Shown piece after piece: positions 8,067-17,621 of a stretch of 29,952 nt of DNA. The notes below the pieces were generated by a model. That model was given only the letters and a program-made list of their open reading frames with translations. It was not told the DNA's origin and did not search any database. Each line of letters begins with the position of its first letter. Position 1 is the first letter of the stretch. Source of the stretch: Gemmatimonadota bacterium (GTDB taxonomy: Bacteria > Gemmatimonadota > Gemmatimonadetes > Gemmatimonadales > GWC2-71-9); assembly GCA_039586365.1 (NCBI GenBank), contig JBDHKN010000062.1, positions 1 through 29,952 of the forward strand. The letters run 5' to 3'. Both the position numbers and the translations under genes were made by a program.

Positions 8067-8774
8067 CTGTCAGCGCACAAGCCCCGGATAGGGGTCGCCA
8101 TTCTGGTCACTGTTGCCCTAACTCAAAGTCCGGCAACAGGTTGGGCCCAAGCGAATGGAGACCGCGAAGCGGTCCAGGTGGAGCAGTTTCTCTCGGTCGG
8201 CGGAAGCGCCCTGGTCTATGCATTGCCAGGCTTGTTCCACATCAATGAAGGGCCACCTAGCTGCGCTCCTTGCGACCTGAATGGTCTGCCGTGGTTCGAC
8301 CGGTGGGCTGTACGTCCGGTCAACCGCACTGTGTCACACGTCAGCACCGCGGTCGGTCTTGCTCTGGCGATGGGAACCGGGGTGGATCTCGCGCGTGCGG
8401 GTGGTGGCAAGGCAGCCGCAGCCTCGTTTGAGGCCGCCGGTTGGGCGGCCGCCACGACAGCACTGGCCAAGACCATCATCGGACGAGAGAGGCCAGTCAT
8501 GTACACCAACAGCGCTGTCCAAGAAGCCGACCACATCAACAATCAGCGCTCGATGCCGTCCGGACACACATCCGCGGCGTTTGCCATGGCTACCATGTAC
8601 GCGCTATACACTAAGGATCGGGATAACAAGTTGCCCGCACTGCTGGCCGGGACTGCCGCCGCCACTGTGGGGGTCTTGCGGATCGTTTCTGCCAAGCACT
8701 TTCCGTCGGACGTAATCGTTGGTGCACTTCTCGGTACCGCCTCAGGGTTCGCTATCTACGAGATACGGTTCTAG
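8067..8774 (+). CDS. PAP2-family lipid phosphate phosphatase with probable N-terminal signal peptide
   Basis: All three phosphatase motifs: KTIIGRERP, PSGH, RIVSAKHFPSD. Track start is GTG 8178, but the frame is open upstream and encodes HKPRIGVAILVTVALTQSPATGWA; start tentatively CTG 8067. Confidence 0.75.
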   Translation: MSAHKPRIGVAILVTVALTQSPATGWAQANGDREAVQVEQFLSVGGSALVYALPGLFHINEGPPSCAPCDLNGLPWFDRWAVRPVNRTVSHVSTAVGLALAMGTGVDLARAGGGKAAAASFEAAGWAAATTALAKTIIGRERPVMYTNSAVQEADHINNQRSMPSGHTSAAFAMATMYALYTKDRDNKLPALLAGTAAATVGVLRIVSAKHFPSDVIVGALLGTASGFAIYEIRF

Positions 8775-8896
8775 CACGGAGCGGCATTCTTGGTGCGGTG
8801 GTGACGCCGGTTGGGCTCGCGTCATTTCGTAATCCATCTCACTGCCCCGGTTTCGGGGAACGGATAACCTTGGGCGAGGGTTATTATTGTAGTCGC

Positions 8897-10975
8897 ATGT
8901 TGAAACCGAATGGTCTCGCCCGTCATGTCGTGCCCGGTATCGGCGCACTGGCTGTGGTCTTGTCGTTACCGGTGGGCGTTGCGGCGCAAACCGATGTGGA
9001 GCTGATTGGGCGCCAGCACGGTGCCACGCCGCCCGCGAGTTATTACGAGATGCTACGTTCGGTGCCGGGTGCGTTCCAATTCTCAGAGCGGAACGGATGG
9101 GTCGTCCGGGGACGCACGATCGCGGCAACCCGGAGCCGGGCTCGGGGCAGGTTGGTGACCGCGCGCAGAAATGCCCCAACGACACCCCAGGCGCTCCTCG
9201 CCCAGGGCCAAGCTGCAAGTCCGGTGCTGGCCGGTGAACTGGACGTTCCCGTCTTTCTGATTCTCTACTCCAACACCGACTCTGCCGGCCTCGTCCAGAA
9301 CGTCCCGCGTACTGCTCTTGAGCAGCGGCTCTACGGCACCAACCCGGCACCACCGTATTCGGTACATACCTACTACAGGGAACTGTCCAACGATTCTCTG
9401 TGGGTGAACGGCACTGTCTACGAGTGGACTCGAGTGAGCGAGGCCAGCTTCTACTACGAGGGCGACGGCAACGGTTTGGACAACAGCGGCAACATCCCTG
9501 AGCTGATCGACGAGGTCGTGACCGCACTGGACGATACAGTGGACTTCGGTGAATTCGACAATGACGGACCGGACGGGATAGCGAACTCGGGCGACGACGA
9601 TGGATACGTTGATGCGATCGTACTCATACACCCAAAGGTCGACGGGTCGTGCAAGAACCGGAATCCGGCGGCAGAGAATAGCATATGGGCCCACAGGTTC
9701 AGGCGTTCCGGTTGGCTTGATGCTGACGGGCAACGCGCCCCATTTGTAACGAACGACCTGTCCGCGACGGGCGACTCGATCCTGGTTGACGACTACATCA
9801 TACAAGGGGGACAAGGGGGAAACGACGGCTGTACCAGCGATCAGCCCCAAGCGATGGGAGTGGTGGCGCACGAAACTGGGCACTTGCTTGGACTGCCAGA
9901 TCTGTACGACACGCAGGGCGATGGTGCTGGAATCGGGCGGTGGGGGCTCATGGGATCCGGCAATCACCTGCTCCCCGACCGACCTGCCCATATGACCGCG
10001 TGGTCGAAGGCAGAGTTGGGATGGGTCACCGAAATCGTGATCGACCGTGACACGACGCTCGAGATCGGTCCCATAATCAGCTCCGATACTAGCTACATCC
10101 TACCGATTCCGAACACGTCTGAGTATTTGATCCTGGAAAATCGCCAACCTATCGGATCGGACGCCAACTTGTACGGCGCCGGGTTGCTAGTATGGCACCC
10201 AGACACGTTCCTGATCAACGGACGTGGCAGCGATGTCAATGGGTATCGACCCTATGGTTTGGCGCTGGTACAAGCCGACGGCAGAGATGACCTCGAGCAG
10301 GGGGCCAACAGAGGAGACGAGGGAGACGCGTTCCCTGGCATTCAGAACAACACTACCCTCGGCGTGTGTACCACTCCCTCCACTGCGTCCAACGACGGTC
10401 GTCCATCACTTGCAGTCGTAGATAGCATCACGCAAGTTGTGCCGTTGGGTCCGCTTAGAGCCAACATCCGTTTCTACCAGCCCGATCCGCTCACGGTAGT
10501 CGACCGTAGCCTTCCGAGTGCCATCATGGGAGAGCCCTACTTCTTCCAGTTCGTTGCGACGGGTGGCATCGATTGTGACTATAACTGGCGTAAGGTCAGT
10601 GGCAGCCTGCCAACGGCACTAGTCTTGAATTCGGAGGGACGACTGTCGGGGCAACTCGAGGAGACTGGTGAGTTCACTGCTGATGTAGAGGTCAGGTCGG
10701 GTGACCAGGTCCATAACACGACCGTGACGATCTCGGTTGAGGCGCCGGTGTTGGTCGTTGACGACGTTGTGGGACATCTACTGGGAGCGGGTACAGCGCT
10801 GACGTTCTTTGAGCTGACCTACCTGGATCTCGTGGGCAATAACAGCGGCGGATTCGATATCGGTGACTTCTTGGGGTGGATCGAAGCGACCGGAGGTCTC
10901 GTATCTGCAGCTGAGATGGCCGAGGTATTGAAACAAATAGCTGCGGTGGATTCGCTGGCAGGGAGGAAACCGTGA
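8897..10975 (+). CDS. Secreted M6 (immune inhibitor A-like) zinc metalloprotease with C-terminal Ig-like domain
   Basis: ATG 8897 with signal peptide (...GVAA-Q); DFGEFDNDGPDG...DDDGYVD, IWAH, AHETGHLLGLPDLYD, WGLMGSG, WSKAELGW; Ig-like LPSAIMGEPY...ATGG...GSLP. Confidence 0.9.
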   Translation: MLKPNGLARHVVPGIGALAVVLSLPVGVAAQTDVELIGRQHGATPPASYYEMLRSVPGAFQFSERNGWVVRGRTIAATRSRARGRLVTARRNAPTTPQALLAQGQAASPVLAGELDVPVFLILYSNTDSAGLVQNVPRTALEQRLYGTNPAPPYSVHTYYRELSNDSLWVNGTVYEWTRVSEASFYYEGDGNGLDNSGNIPELIDEVVTALDDTVDFGEFDNDGPDGIANSGDDDGYVDAIVLIHPKVDGSCKNRNPAAENSIWAHRFRRSGWLDADGQRAPFVTNDLSATGDSILVDDYIIQGGQGGNDGCTSDQPQAMGVVAHETGHLLGLPDLYDTQGDGAGIGRWGLMGSGNHLLPDRPAHMTAWSKAELGWVTEIVIDRDTTLEIGPIISSDTSYILPIPNTSEYLILENRQPIGSDANLYGAGLLVWHPDTFLINGRGSDVNGYRPYGLALVQADGRDDLEQGANRGDEGDAFPGIQNNTTLGVCTTPSTASNDGRPSLAVVDSITQVVPLGPLRANIRFYQPDPLTVVDRSLPSAIMGEPYFFQFVATGGIDCDYNWRKVSGSLPTALVLNSEGRLSGQLEETGEFTADVEVRSGDQVHNTTVTISVEAPVLVVDDVVGHLLGAGTALTFFELTYLDLVGNNSGGFDIGDFLGWIEATGGLVSAAEMAEVLKQIAAVDSLAGRKP

Positions 10976-11361
10976 GGAGATGGATAGCCGGTATTGTCAC
11001 CGCGCTGAGTGCCATTCTGTTATCGTGTGATTCCGGCCCGCGTGCAGGCGAGCTTGCGTTCGAGCTCGTCTCTCCGGCGGATGATGATCGCGCGATCATG
11101 TTCGAAGTCACCGCGGTGGAGACCTCCACTGTTGAGGGGCTCACCGCTGCTTGTACGGGGTGTCAGGCGTTTTGGCATAAGGTGAGCGACACTAGACTCA
11201 AGGGAATACTCATTGGCTCGCTGGGAGCCGGCCCCGTGGGCCGTGTTGCTGTGTCCGATGTCGGCGATCGGACCGCCTACACTCTGACGCTGCTGGATGT
11301 CGCCGGAACGGATCTGGAGTTGCGGCCGACCGCAGAGCGCAGCCTGCAGTTCGTGCGCTGA
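10972..11361 (+). CDS. Hypothetical lipoprotein, beta-rich, coupled to the M6 protease gene
   Basis: GTGA overlap with the M6 stop, SD GGAGG, signal peptide with lipobox LLSC. Confidence 0.72.
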   Translation: MRRWIAGIVTALSAILLSCDSGPRAGELAFELVSPADDDRAIMFEVTAVETSTVEGLTAACTGCQAFWHKVSDTRLKGILIGSLGAGPVGRVAVSDVGDRTAYTLTLLDVAGTDLELRPTAERSLQFVR

Positions 11362-11370
11362 GTCACCCGC

Positions 11371-11877
11371 TCAGCGGCTATCCCTAACCAAGAACCAGAG
11401 GCGACCGCGTCCGGTCAAAGTGTCAGGGCCCAGTACCAACGTATCGCAAAAGACAGTGTCTGTGCCCAAGTGGCCGACAAGTGACCCACCTGCGGCGGGT
11501 CGGTTGCGCCTTGCGAATTCGAACGCGATTCTACCAGCTCGGACCGAGCCGATGAAAGGCTCGAACTCGCGCGGATCAGTCCCGACATTGCCAGAAAAGA
11601 AATGCGAAAGCTCACCGTAGAACCGTGATCCGCTGGCGGAATCGACGGTGAAGGTGATCCTGAGTCCAGTGGGTCGTTGTGGCGGGTCGGAGCGAAGCAT
11701 CCACCCGGCGACCAAATCGTCTGACGTCATTTGCCCGACATCGGTGAGGGAATCGGACACCCTAGCGGTGGCCAGCGAGTCGCTTGGCAACCTGTCGCTC
11801 TGATTCCCGTGAGCACACGCGGTTAAGCCGGTTAGCCAAGCAACGGCCACCGCGTGCCTTGTGAATCTGCCCGTCAT
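11371..11877 (-). CDS. Hypothetical lipoprotein
   Basis: ATG 11877 preceded by AGGAGAG; MTGRFTRHAVAVAWLTGLTAC lipobox. Confidence 0.62.
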   Translation of the reverse strand: MTGRFTRHAVAVAWLTGLTACAHGNQSDRLPSDSLATARVSDSLTDVGQMTSDDLVAGWMLRSDPPQRPTGLRITFTVDSASGSRFYGELSHFFSGNVGTDPREFEPFIGSVRAGRIAFEFARRNRPAAGGSLVGHLGTDTVFCDTLVLGPDTLTGRGRLWFLVRDSR

Positions 11878-12093
11878 CGACTCTCCTGTTGCTAGTGTAG
11901 TCGTGTCGTGCCACACGCTCCTCAGCATCCCTTACACGCCTCCTCTTGAGCCCTTACTGTCTCAAGCCCTACCAACAATACATTCCCATGTCCCAAGCAT
12001 CCAACTACTCTTTAGAAATCCCTCGTCCATACAAGTCGGATAAGTGGGATCCATTCACTCGAGATTACGCTCGAGCTTCCGGAGACTCTTGCT

Positions 12094-14430
12094 ATGCTAA
12101 GAAAATTGTTGCCCCTATCGTCAGTGCTCTTGTTTGCAGTGACAGCTTTCTCGACTCAGACTCATGCCCAAGAGTTCCAACTCACAGTGCAGAACATTAT
12201 GCGAGGTGCGGAACTCGTGGGTACCTCCCCCCAGCCACTCAGGGGCGGGTCCGGATTTCGTGGAGGGCCGACGTTCAGCTGGTCACCGGACAGTCGCTAC
12301 ATCTATTTCCGCTGGAAGCAGCCGGGCGTCGATACCACGGAGACCATCTATCGAGTGAGTCCGCGGGAGGGCACACCGGAACGGCTCGAAGGTGCGGATG
12401 CCGACACACTGCTGGCTGGTCCAGCGGAGTGGTCACCTGATCGAAAACAGGCCGTTCATGCAATCGACGGCGACTTGATCCTGTGGACCGGGCGAGGCAA
12501 GCGCTATTTGTCTCAGGGGCCCGGCAACGAGTCGAATCCGCAATGGTCAGCTGACGGGCAGACCATCTATTTCCAACGGGATGGGAACTTGTTTGCACTG
12601 GATCTCTCGACTTCGGGACTCCGCCAACTCACCGACATCAGACGGGGTGACAAGCCCCGGTCCGCACAGCAGCTCTCGGATCAGCGTCAGTTCATCGTGG
12701 ACCAGGAACGGCGTCTCTTTGAGTTCATCCGGGCAGGTGAGTACGAGAAGCAGCCTTGGGGCCGGAGTTCTCAGGAACCGGATTCTAATCGGCCACAGCC
12801 GTTCTATACCGGAGACAACAAGTCGGCGCAGGGAATGCAGATCACCCCGGATGGTCGCTTCGTGTTAACGACCATCAGCGAACAATCCAGCAATGCGCGG
12901 CGCCTGGAGATGCCGGTGTGGATCAACGATGAAGGCTACGTCAAGACCTACACAGGCCGCGCCAAAGTGGGTGACGAACAGGCCCAGACTCGGGCCGCGA
13001 TTCTCGAGGTCGCCACCGGTAATGTGACTTTTGTGGGAGATAGTATTGGCGAAGGTGAGCGTGACATACGCGGGATTGCCGTCTCGCCCAACTCGAGTCA
13101 CGTGTTGCTCCGCATTACAACGCGCGACAGAGAAAATCGCTGGTACGCCGTAGTAGATCTCCCGAGCATGGAGGAAAGAGTTGTCGATCATCTACACGAT
13201 GATGCGTGGATCGACGGGCCTATGTCGTCCACGGCCGGCTTCATGGACGATGGGGAGACTGTGTACTTCGGTTCGGAGCAATCCGGCTGGGCGCATCTGT
13301 ACACCGTGCCCGCTACCGGGGGGGAGCCCAGCGCGCTAACCGGCGGTGAATGGGAAGTCTTGAACGCGGATTTCTCACCGGATGGGACGACGTGGTACGT
13401 CACCGCCAATAAGGATGGGTTTGCCGAGGTGCATTTCTACACCATGCCTGCGGTGGGTGGCGAGCTGATGCGGGTGACCTCTGGCGTGGGGCGGCAGGAC
13501 GCCACTGTCTCCCCTGACGGGCGGTGGCTGGCAGTCTCTCACTCCGAGGCAGACCATCCCCCCGAACTCTATGTGCAAGAGAACCGCGCAGGACGTGAAT
13601 TGCGAAGGATTACGGAGAGCACGACGGAGGAGTGGCGCCAAGGCCCTTGGATCAAGCCGGAGATAGTCATGGTGCGAGCCCGTGACGGCGTCGATGTTCC
13701 TGCGCGGCTCTACCGCCCCACCCGTGATGTCGCACCCGAGGGCCAGCGACCTGCGGTGGTCTTCGTGCACGGTGCTGGCTACCTCCAGAACGTCCACAAC
13801 TGGTGGTCCAGCTATTATCGCGAATACATGTTCCACCACCTCCTGGCGTCCCGCGGATTCACTGTGCTGGACATGGACTACCGTGGCAGCGCCGGGCACG
13901 GTCGCGACTGGCGCACCGCCATCTATCGCCACATGGGCGGGAAGGATCTGACAGATCATGTAGACGGTGCGAAATGGCTGGCCGAGCACGTGGGAGTTGA
14001 TCCCGCACGTATCGGGCTCTATGGCGGCAGCTACGGTGGATTCATCGCGCTGATGGCAATGTTCACTGCGCCCGGTGTGTTCACGGCCGGCGCAGCCCTT
14101 AGGCCGGTGACGGATTGGGCGCACTACAACCATGGTTACACGTCGAACATACTGAACGAGCCCCAGAGAGACACGCTGGCGTACCAGCGCTCATCCCCGA
14201 TCTACCACGCCGAGGGGCTGGAGGGCCATCTGCTCATCTGCCACGGGATGCTGGACGACAACGTGCTGTTCTACGACACTGTTCGTCTCACTCAGCGACT
14301 GATCGAACTCGGTAAGGAGAACTGGGAAGTGGCCATGTACCCTGTCGAGCGTCACGGTTTCGTGCAGGCCTCGAGTTGGGCTGACGAGTACAGGAGAATC
14401 TTGGAGTTGTTCGAGGGGACACTGAAATAG
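12094..14430 (+). CDS. S9 family (DPP IV / prolyl oligopeptidase-like) exported serine peptidase
   Basis: Signal peptide (...THA-Q), WSPD beta-propeller repeats, catalytic GGSYGG (Ser), DDNV (Asp), ERHGF (His). Confidence 0.93.
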   Translation: MLRKLLPLSSVLLFAVTAFSTQTHAQEFQLTVQNIMRGAELVGTSPQPLRGGSGFRGGPTFSWSPDSRYIYFRWKQPGVDTTETIYRVSPREGTPERLEGADADTLLAGPAEWSPDRKQAVHAIDGDLILWTGRGKRYLSQGPGNESNPQWSADGQTIYFQRDGNLFALDLSTSGLRQLTDIRRGDKPRSAQQLSDQRQFIVDQERRLFEFIRAGEYEKQPWGRSSQEPDSNRPQPFYTGDNKSAQGMQITPDGRFVLTTISEQSSNARRLEMPVWINDEGYVKTYTGRAKVGDEQAQTRAAILEVATGNVTFVGDSIGEGERDIRGIAVSPNSSHVLLRITTRDRENRWYAVVDLPSMEERVVDHLHDDAWIDGPMSSTAGFMDDGETVYFGSEQSGWAHLYTVPATGGEPSALTGGEWEVLNADFSPDGTTWYVTANKDGFAEVHFYTMPAVGGELMRVTSGVGRQDATVSPDGRWLAVSHSEADHPPELYVQENRAGRELRRITESTTEEWRQGPWIKPEIVMVRARDGVDVPARLYRPTRDVAPEGQRPAVVFVHGAGYLQNVHNWWSSYYREYMFHHLLASRGFTVLDMDYRGSAGHGRDWRTAIYRHMGGKDLTDHVDGAKWLAEHVGVDPARIGLYGGSYGGFIALMAMFTAPGVFTAGAALRPVTDWAHYNHGYTSNILNEPQRDTLAYQRSSPIYHAEGLEGHLLICHGMLDDNVLFYDTVRLTQRLIELGKENWEVAMYPVERHGFVQASSWADEYRRILELFEGTLK

Positions 14431-14530
14431 GGCGATAAACGGCAGTAAATGGCGGTATGGTTGGCGGTTCTGAGTTCTGCCGCTCTCTAACCGCCCTTTG
14501 CCGCCATTTACTGCCGTTCACGGCCATTTC
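14431..14530. repeat. Intergenic long hairpin made of ~10-bp GGCRGT-type units and their complements; possible terminator
   Basis: Perfect 18-bp inverted repeat AACGGCAGTAAATGGCGG (14438-14455) / CCGCCATTTACTGCCGTT (14501-14518); inner GGCGGTT (14463-14469) / AACCGCC (14489-14495). Confidence 0.85.
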
Positions 14531-14595
14531 ACGGTTTGCTTCCTTCCCGGGGCCCCTTTTATCTTTGCCCGTCCCCTTTCCCCCGAGCGTTGCCG

Positions 14596-16224
14596 ATGAT
14601 TAGCCGTACCGCCCGTTTCCGTTTCGCCCTGCTCGTTACCGCTGTCGTCGTGCTGTCGGCTGCCGAGTGCGACGTCCAGGATGTCATCGATCCAGCACCG
14701 ACGACGCCGCCGTCCGGGAACGATCCAACCCCGACCACGCTGGTGAGGGCCAGGGGAGATAATCAGATCGGGACCGTGGGCCAACAGCTCGCCAATCCGC
14801 TGGTCGTTCGGGTGGATGACCAGTCGGGTAATCCCATGTCCGGCATCGCGGTCTCCTTTCAGGTGACCCAGGGCGGTGGAAGTGTGGGGCCAGCGACTGC
14901 GACCACGGGTAGCGACGGCGAGGCATTCACCACGTGGACTGTTGGCACAACTGTTGGGGCTCAGCAGGTGACGGCCTCTGTCAGTGGCATATCGAGCAAC
15001 GTGACGTTCTCGGCTACAGCGGGTGCCGGTGCGCCCGCGAGCGTGTCGGCCAACGCCGGTGACGGGCAACAGGCTCTCACGGGCACCGCTGTGCCGGTTC
15101 CTCCGTCGGTGCTGGTTGAAGACGCGTTCGGTAATGCCGTTCAGGGGGCGGGGGTGACGTTCGCAGTAGTCACCGGTGGCGGCAACCTCAGCAATCCGGT
15201 GGTGAATACCGCTGCGAGCGGGATAGCGACAGTTGGTAGCTGGACGTTGGGGACCGGTGCCAACACCCTGACGGCTACTGTGACTGGAGCCGGGATCAGC
15301 GGCAATCCGGTTACGTTCAACGCGACTGGTCTGATAACCTTGTTCGATATCGAACTGCGATATGTGGGTAGTGTGACGCCGACTGGACCTCAGCAGCAGG
15401 CTTTCACCGACGCCGCGACCAAGTGGCAGTCTATCCTGGTGGACGACCTGCCGAACCAGCTAGTGAGTTTTGCCGATACCGGTAGGTGTGGCGGGGCGGC
15501 GAGGCCAGCGATGCAGGAGACCATCGAGGATTTGGTCATATTCGTGGAGTTCGTAGATATCGATGGACCATTCGGGGTGTTGGGGCAGGCAGGACCTTGC
15601 GTTGTGCGAGGCACCTCGAGATTGCCCGCCCTTGGCGGGATGTTGTTTGACAGTGCAGACGTGCAACGCCTGGAAACCAACTCCGAGTTCTCAATAGTCG
15701 TCCTGCACGAGATGGGGCATGTACTCGGGTTCGGGACCCTGTGGCAGGATCGGAACCTGCTGCAGGATCCGTCCGACACGACAGCCGGTGGCACGCTGGG
15801 GGCGGAGACGTATTTCAGTGGCGTGCAGGCGATAAATGAATTCGTTTCGCTCGGAGGTGTGTTGGTCGGGACCGGTCCCGGTGTCCCGGTTGAAAACGAC
15901 CACACCAGCTACGGTCCTGGGAGCCTGGATGGACATTGGCGTGAGTCGGTGTTCGGGAACGAACTGATGAGCCCCTCACTCAACTCGGGTGCGCTGAATC
16001 CGCTGGGAGCTGTTACGGCGGCATCAATGGCGGATATGGGATATGGGGTGAACATATCGGCCGCTGATTCGTACGTACTGCCTGGTCCTCAACCGGTCTC
16101 CGGTTACGGCGGCGAGATTGTGTTCGCAGGGGACATATGGGACGGACCGGTGGCTGTTGTTGATGACGCTGGACGGGTAGTGAGTGTGATCCGACGTTAC
16201 GACGGTCCGACGGTGCGGCGATAG
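14596..16224 (+). CDS. Exported protein with two Big_1-type Ig-like domains and a leishmanolysin (M8)-like zinc metalloprotease domain
   Basis: ATG 14596 with signal peptide (atypical lipobox AAEC); GDNQ/GDGQ Ig repeats; IDGPFGVLGQAGPC, LHEMGHVLGFG, DGHW and Met-turn NELMSP. Confidence 0.85.
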   Translation: MISRTARFRFALLVTAVVVLSAAECDVQDVIDPAPTTPPSGNDPTPTTLVRARGDNQIGTVGQQLANPLVVRVDDQSGNPMSGIAVSFQVTQGGGSVGPATATTGSDGEAFTTWTVGTTVGAQQVTASVSGISSNVTFSATAGAGAPASVSANAGDGQQALTGTAVPVPPSVLVEDAFGNAVQGAGVTFAVVTGGGNLSNPVVNTAASGIATVGSWTLGTGANTLTATVTGAGISGNPVTFNATGLITLFDIELRYVGSVTPTGPQQQAFTDAATKWQSILVDDLPNQLVSFADTGRCGGAARPAMQETIEDLVIFVEFVDIDGPFGVLGQAGPCVVRGTSRLPALGGMLFDSADVQRLETNSEFSIVVLHEMGHVLGFGTLWQDRNLLQDPSDTTAGGTLGAETYFSGVQAINEFVSLGGVLVGTGPGVPVENDHTSYGPGSLDGHWRESVFGNELMSPSLNSGALNPLGAVTAASMADMGYGVNISAADSYVLPGPQPVSGYGGEIVFAGDIWDGPVAVVDDAGRVVSVIRRYDGPTVRR

Positions 16225-16352
16225 GTGAATGGGAACGTCGTCCCGTCCGGCAGGATGGCTGTTGCGGTCGGGTGCCGTGCTGTTGCCGGGCTGTGTTGAA
16301 TGACACTTGCGAAGTTCAGCATCCGGCGTGGATTCAAGCGAGAGAGCCAAGC

Positions 16353-16952
16353 ATGGAGTTACCTGTGGCGCTGTACCACCTGAGAGCCGGCATCGTGACA
16401 GTGGGTGTACTCACCATATCTGCCTGTGGATCGCAGAAAGCTGAGGTCGACCTACCTCAATGTGGTCCCCGAGAGGGGGTGCTGCCAACCACCGTGCGAG
16501 CCGAGGATTTGGCTGGGGAGTACGATTTACTGCTGGTGGCCAGATCTGGTGAGGGAACGGGCGGCAGGGTGGCTGGTGAACTCGTCCTGCATCCTTACAT
16601 GACACCTCGCGAACCAGCGGTACCGTTTCGTCTCACGGGCACGGCAAATATTAGTCTGGAACAGGTAGGTGCTGTCCGCCTCGGCGATCTCATGTCGCGC
16701 GATACCACGGCTCCCGGTGTGGCCGTGTTGGAGCGGCGGGTCGGAATGGCGGGTGGGGAGGTATCTGAAATCACTCTCCGCCTAGGGTCCCTGGCGAATC
16801 AGCGAAACAACACGCGGTTCGATGGTGCCTATACTGCACTACGTGTCACCTGGGTGGATGTGGTTGGCTTCGGCGGTACCTGGGCGAGCGGAGTTGCCGG
16901 CCCTGAATCCGAAGGGTACTTCTGTGCCTTTCGAAAAGGTGGCGGAGAATAG
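16353..16952 (+). CDS. Hypothetical lipoprotein
   Basis: ATG 16353; hydrophobic stretch ending ISAC; beta-rich body ending GYFCA. Confidence 0.65.
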   Translation: MELPVALYHLRAGIVTVGVLTISACGSQKAEVDLPQCGPREGVLPTTVRAEDLAGEYDLLLVARSGEGTGGRVAGELVLHPYMTPREPAVPFRLTGTANISLEQVGAVRLGDLMSRDTTAPGVAVLERRVGMAGGEVSEITLRLGSLANQRNNTRFDGAYTALRVTWVDVVGFGGTWASGVAGPESEGYFCAFRKGGGE

Positions 16953-16955
16953 GGG

Positions 16956-17621
16956 ATGGCTGGGAGGCACTGCTGTGGTAAGCGGTTACCACGGACGCGA
17001 CACACTAATCTCCGGATCGGAACCTTATTGCCGGCCGTTGTTTCGGGCGTGCTAGCAGTAGCGGCGTGTGGCAATCAGGCTTCCGGAGACCGTACCGAGG
17101 GTGACCTACCAGGCCATCCAGCTGGGGAGGGTGATTCTGCTCTACCGTCCCGGACGGGGCCCCCTGTGCAGCAGGCCGAAATGAGAGCAGTGCCTGCGCT
17201 GACGATGGGTGTTGATGCCATGCAGGGTCGGGTGTATCTCACTGGTTCCTCCCCCAACCAAGTGGTGTCGATCCAGCCGGATGATGGCCGTTCAGTGCGT
17301 CTGGCTGGGGACCTCGAGGCGGAACTGGAGCGTCTCTCCGGAGCGATGGTTCGGGTGGAGGGTATCGTGGAGGAGCAGGGGGCAATCCGCTCTTTCAGTG
17401 TGCGAGCCTACGAGGTACTGGACATCGATGGGGCGAAGCCGCTGGTGGGAGTGCTGCAGGAAGATAGCGGCCGCCTCACGATCGCTACGGATCCGCCCTT
17501 GACCCTGCGGGACCCGCCGCAGGGGCTGGCAGTTATGGTGGGAGCCAAGGTTTGGATCGTCGGTCGAGTGGAAGCGGCAACCGTGCACGTTCAATCTTTT
17601 GGCATCATCCGCGATCCCTAG
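16956..17621 (+). CDS. Hypothetical lipoprotein with two short repeated beta (OB-fold-like) modules
   Basis: Lipobox VAAC; repeated LSGAMVRVEG...VRAYEVL and MVGAKVWIVG...VQSFGII; 3 bp after the previous stop. Confidence 0.65.
   Translation: MAGRHCCGKRLPRTRHTNLRIGTLLPAVVSGVLAVAACGNQASGDRTEGDLPGHPAGEGDSALPSRTGPPVQQAEMRAVPALTMGVDAMQGRVYLTGSSPNQVVSIQPDDGRSVRLAGDLEAELERLSGAMVRVEGIVEEQGAIRSFSVRAYEVLDIDGAKPLVGVLQEDSGRLTIATDPPLTLRDPPQGLAVMVGAKVWIVGRVEAATVHVQSFGIIRDP

Noticed and set aside
9083..9991. Long antisense or alternate-frame ORFs (e.g. 9083..9991, 13375..14133, 22363..23253, 23993..24733)
   Set aside because: Shadows of well-supported genes in GC-rich DNA, with no recognisable motifs.
14431..14530. 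CRISPR array
   Set aside because: Units are ~10 bp, inverted and lack spacers; no cas genes. No CRISPR array was seen anywhere in the window.
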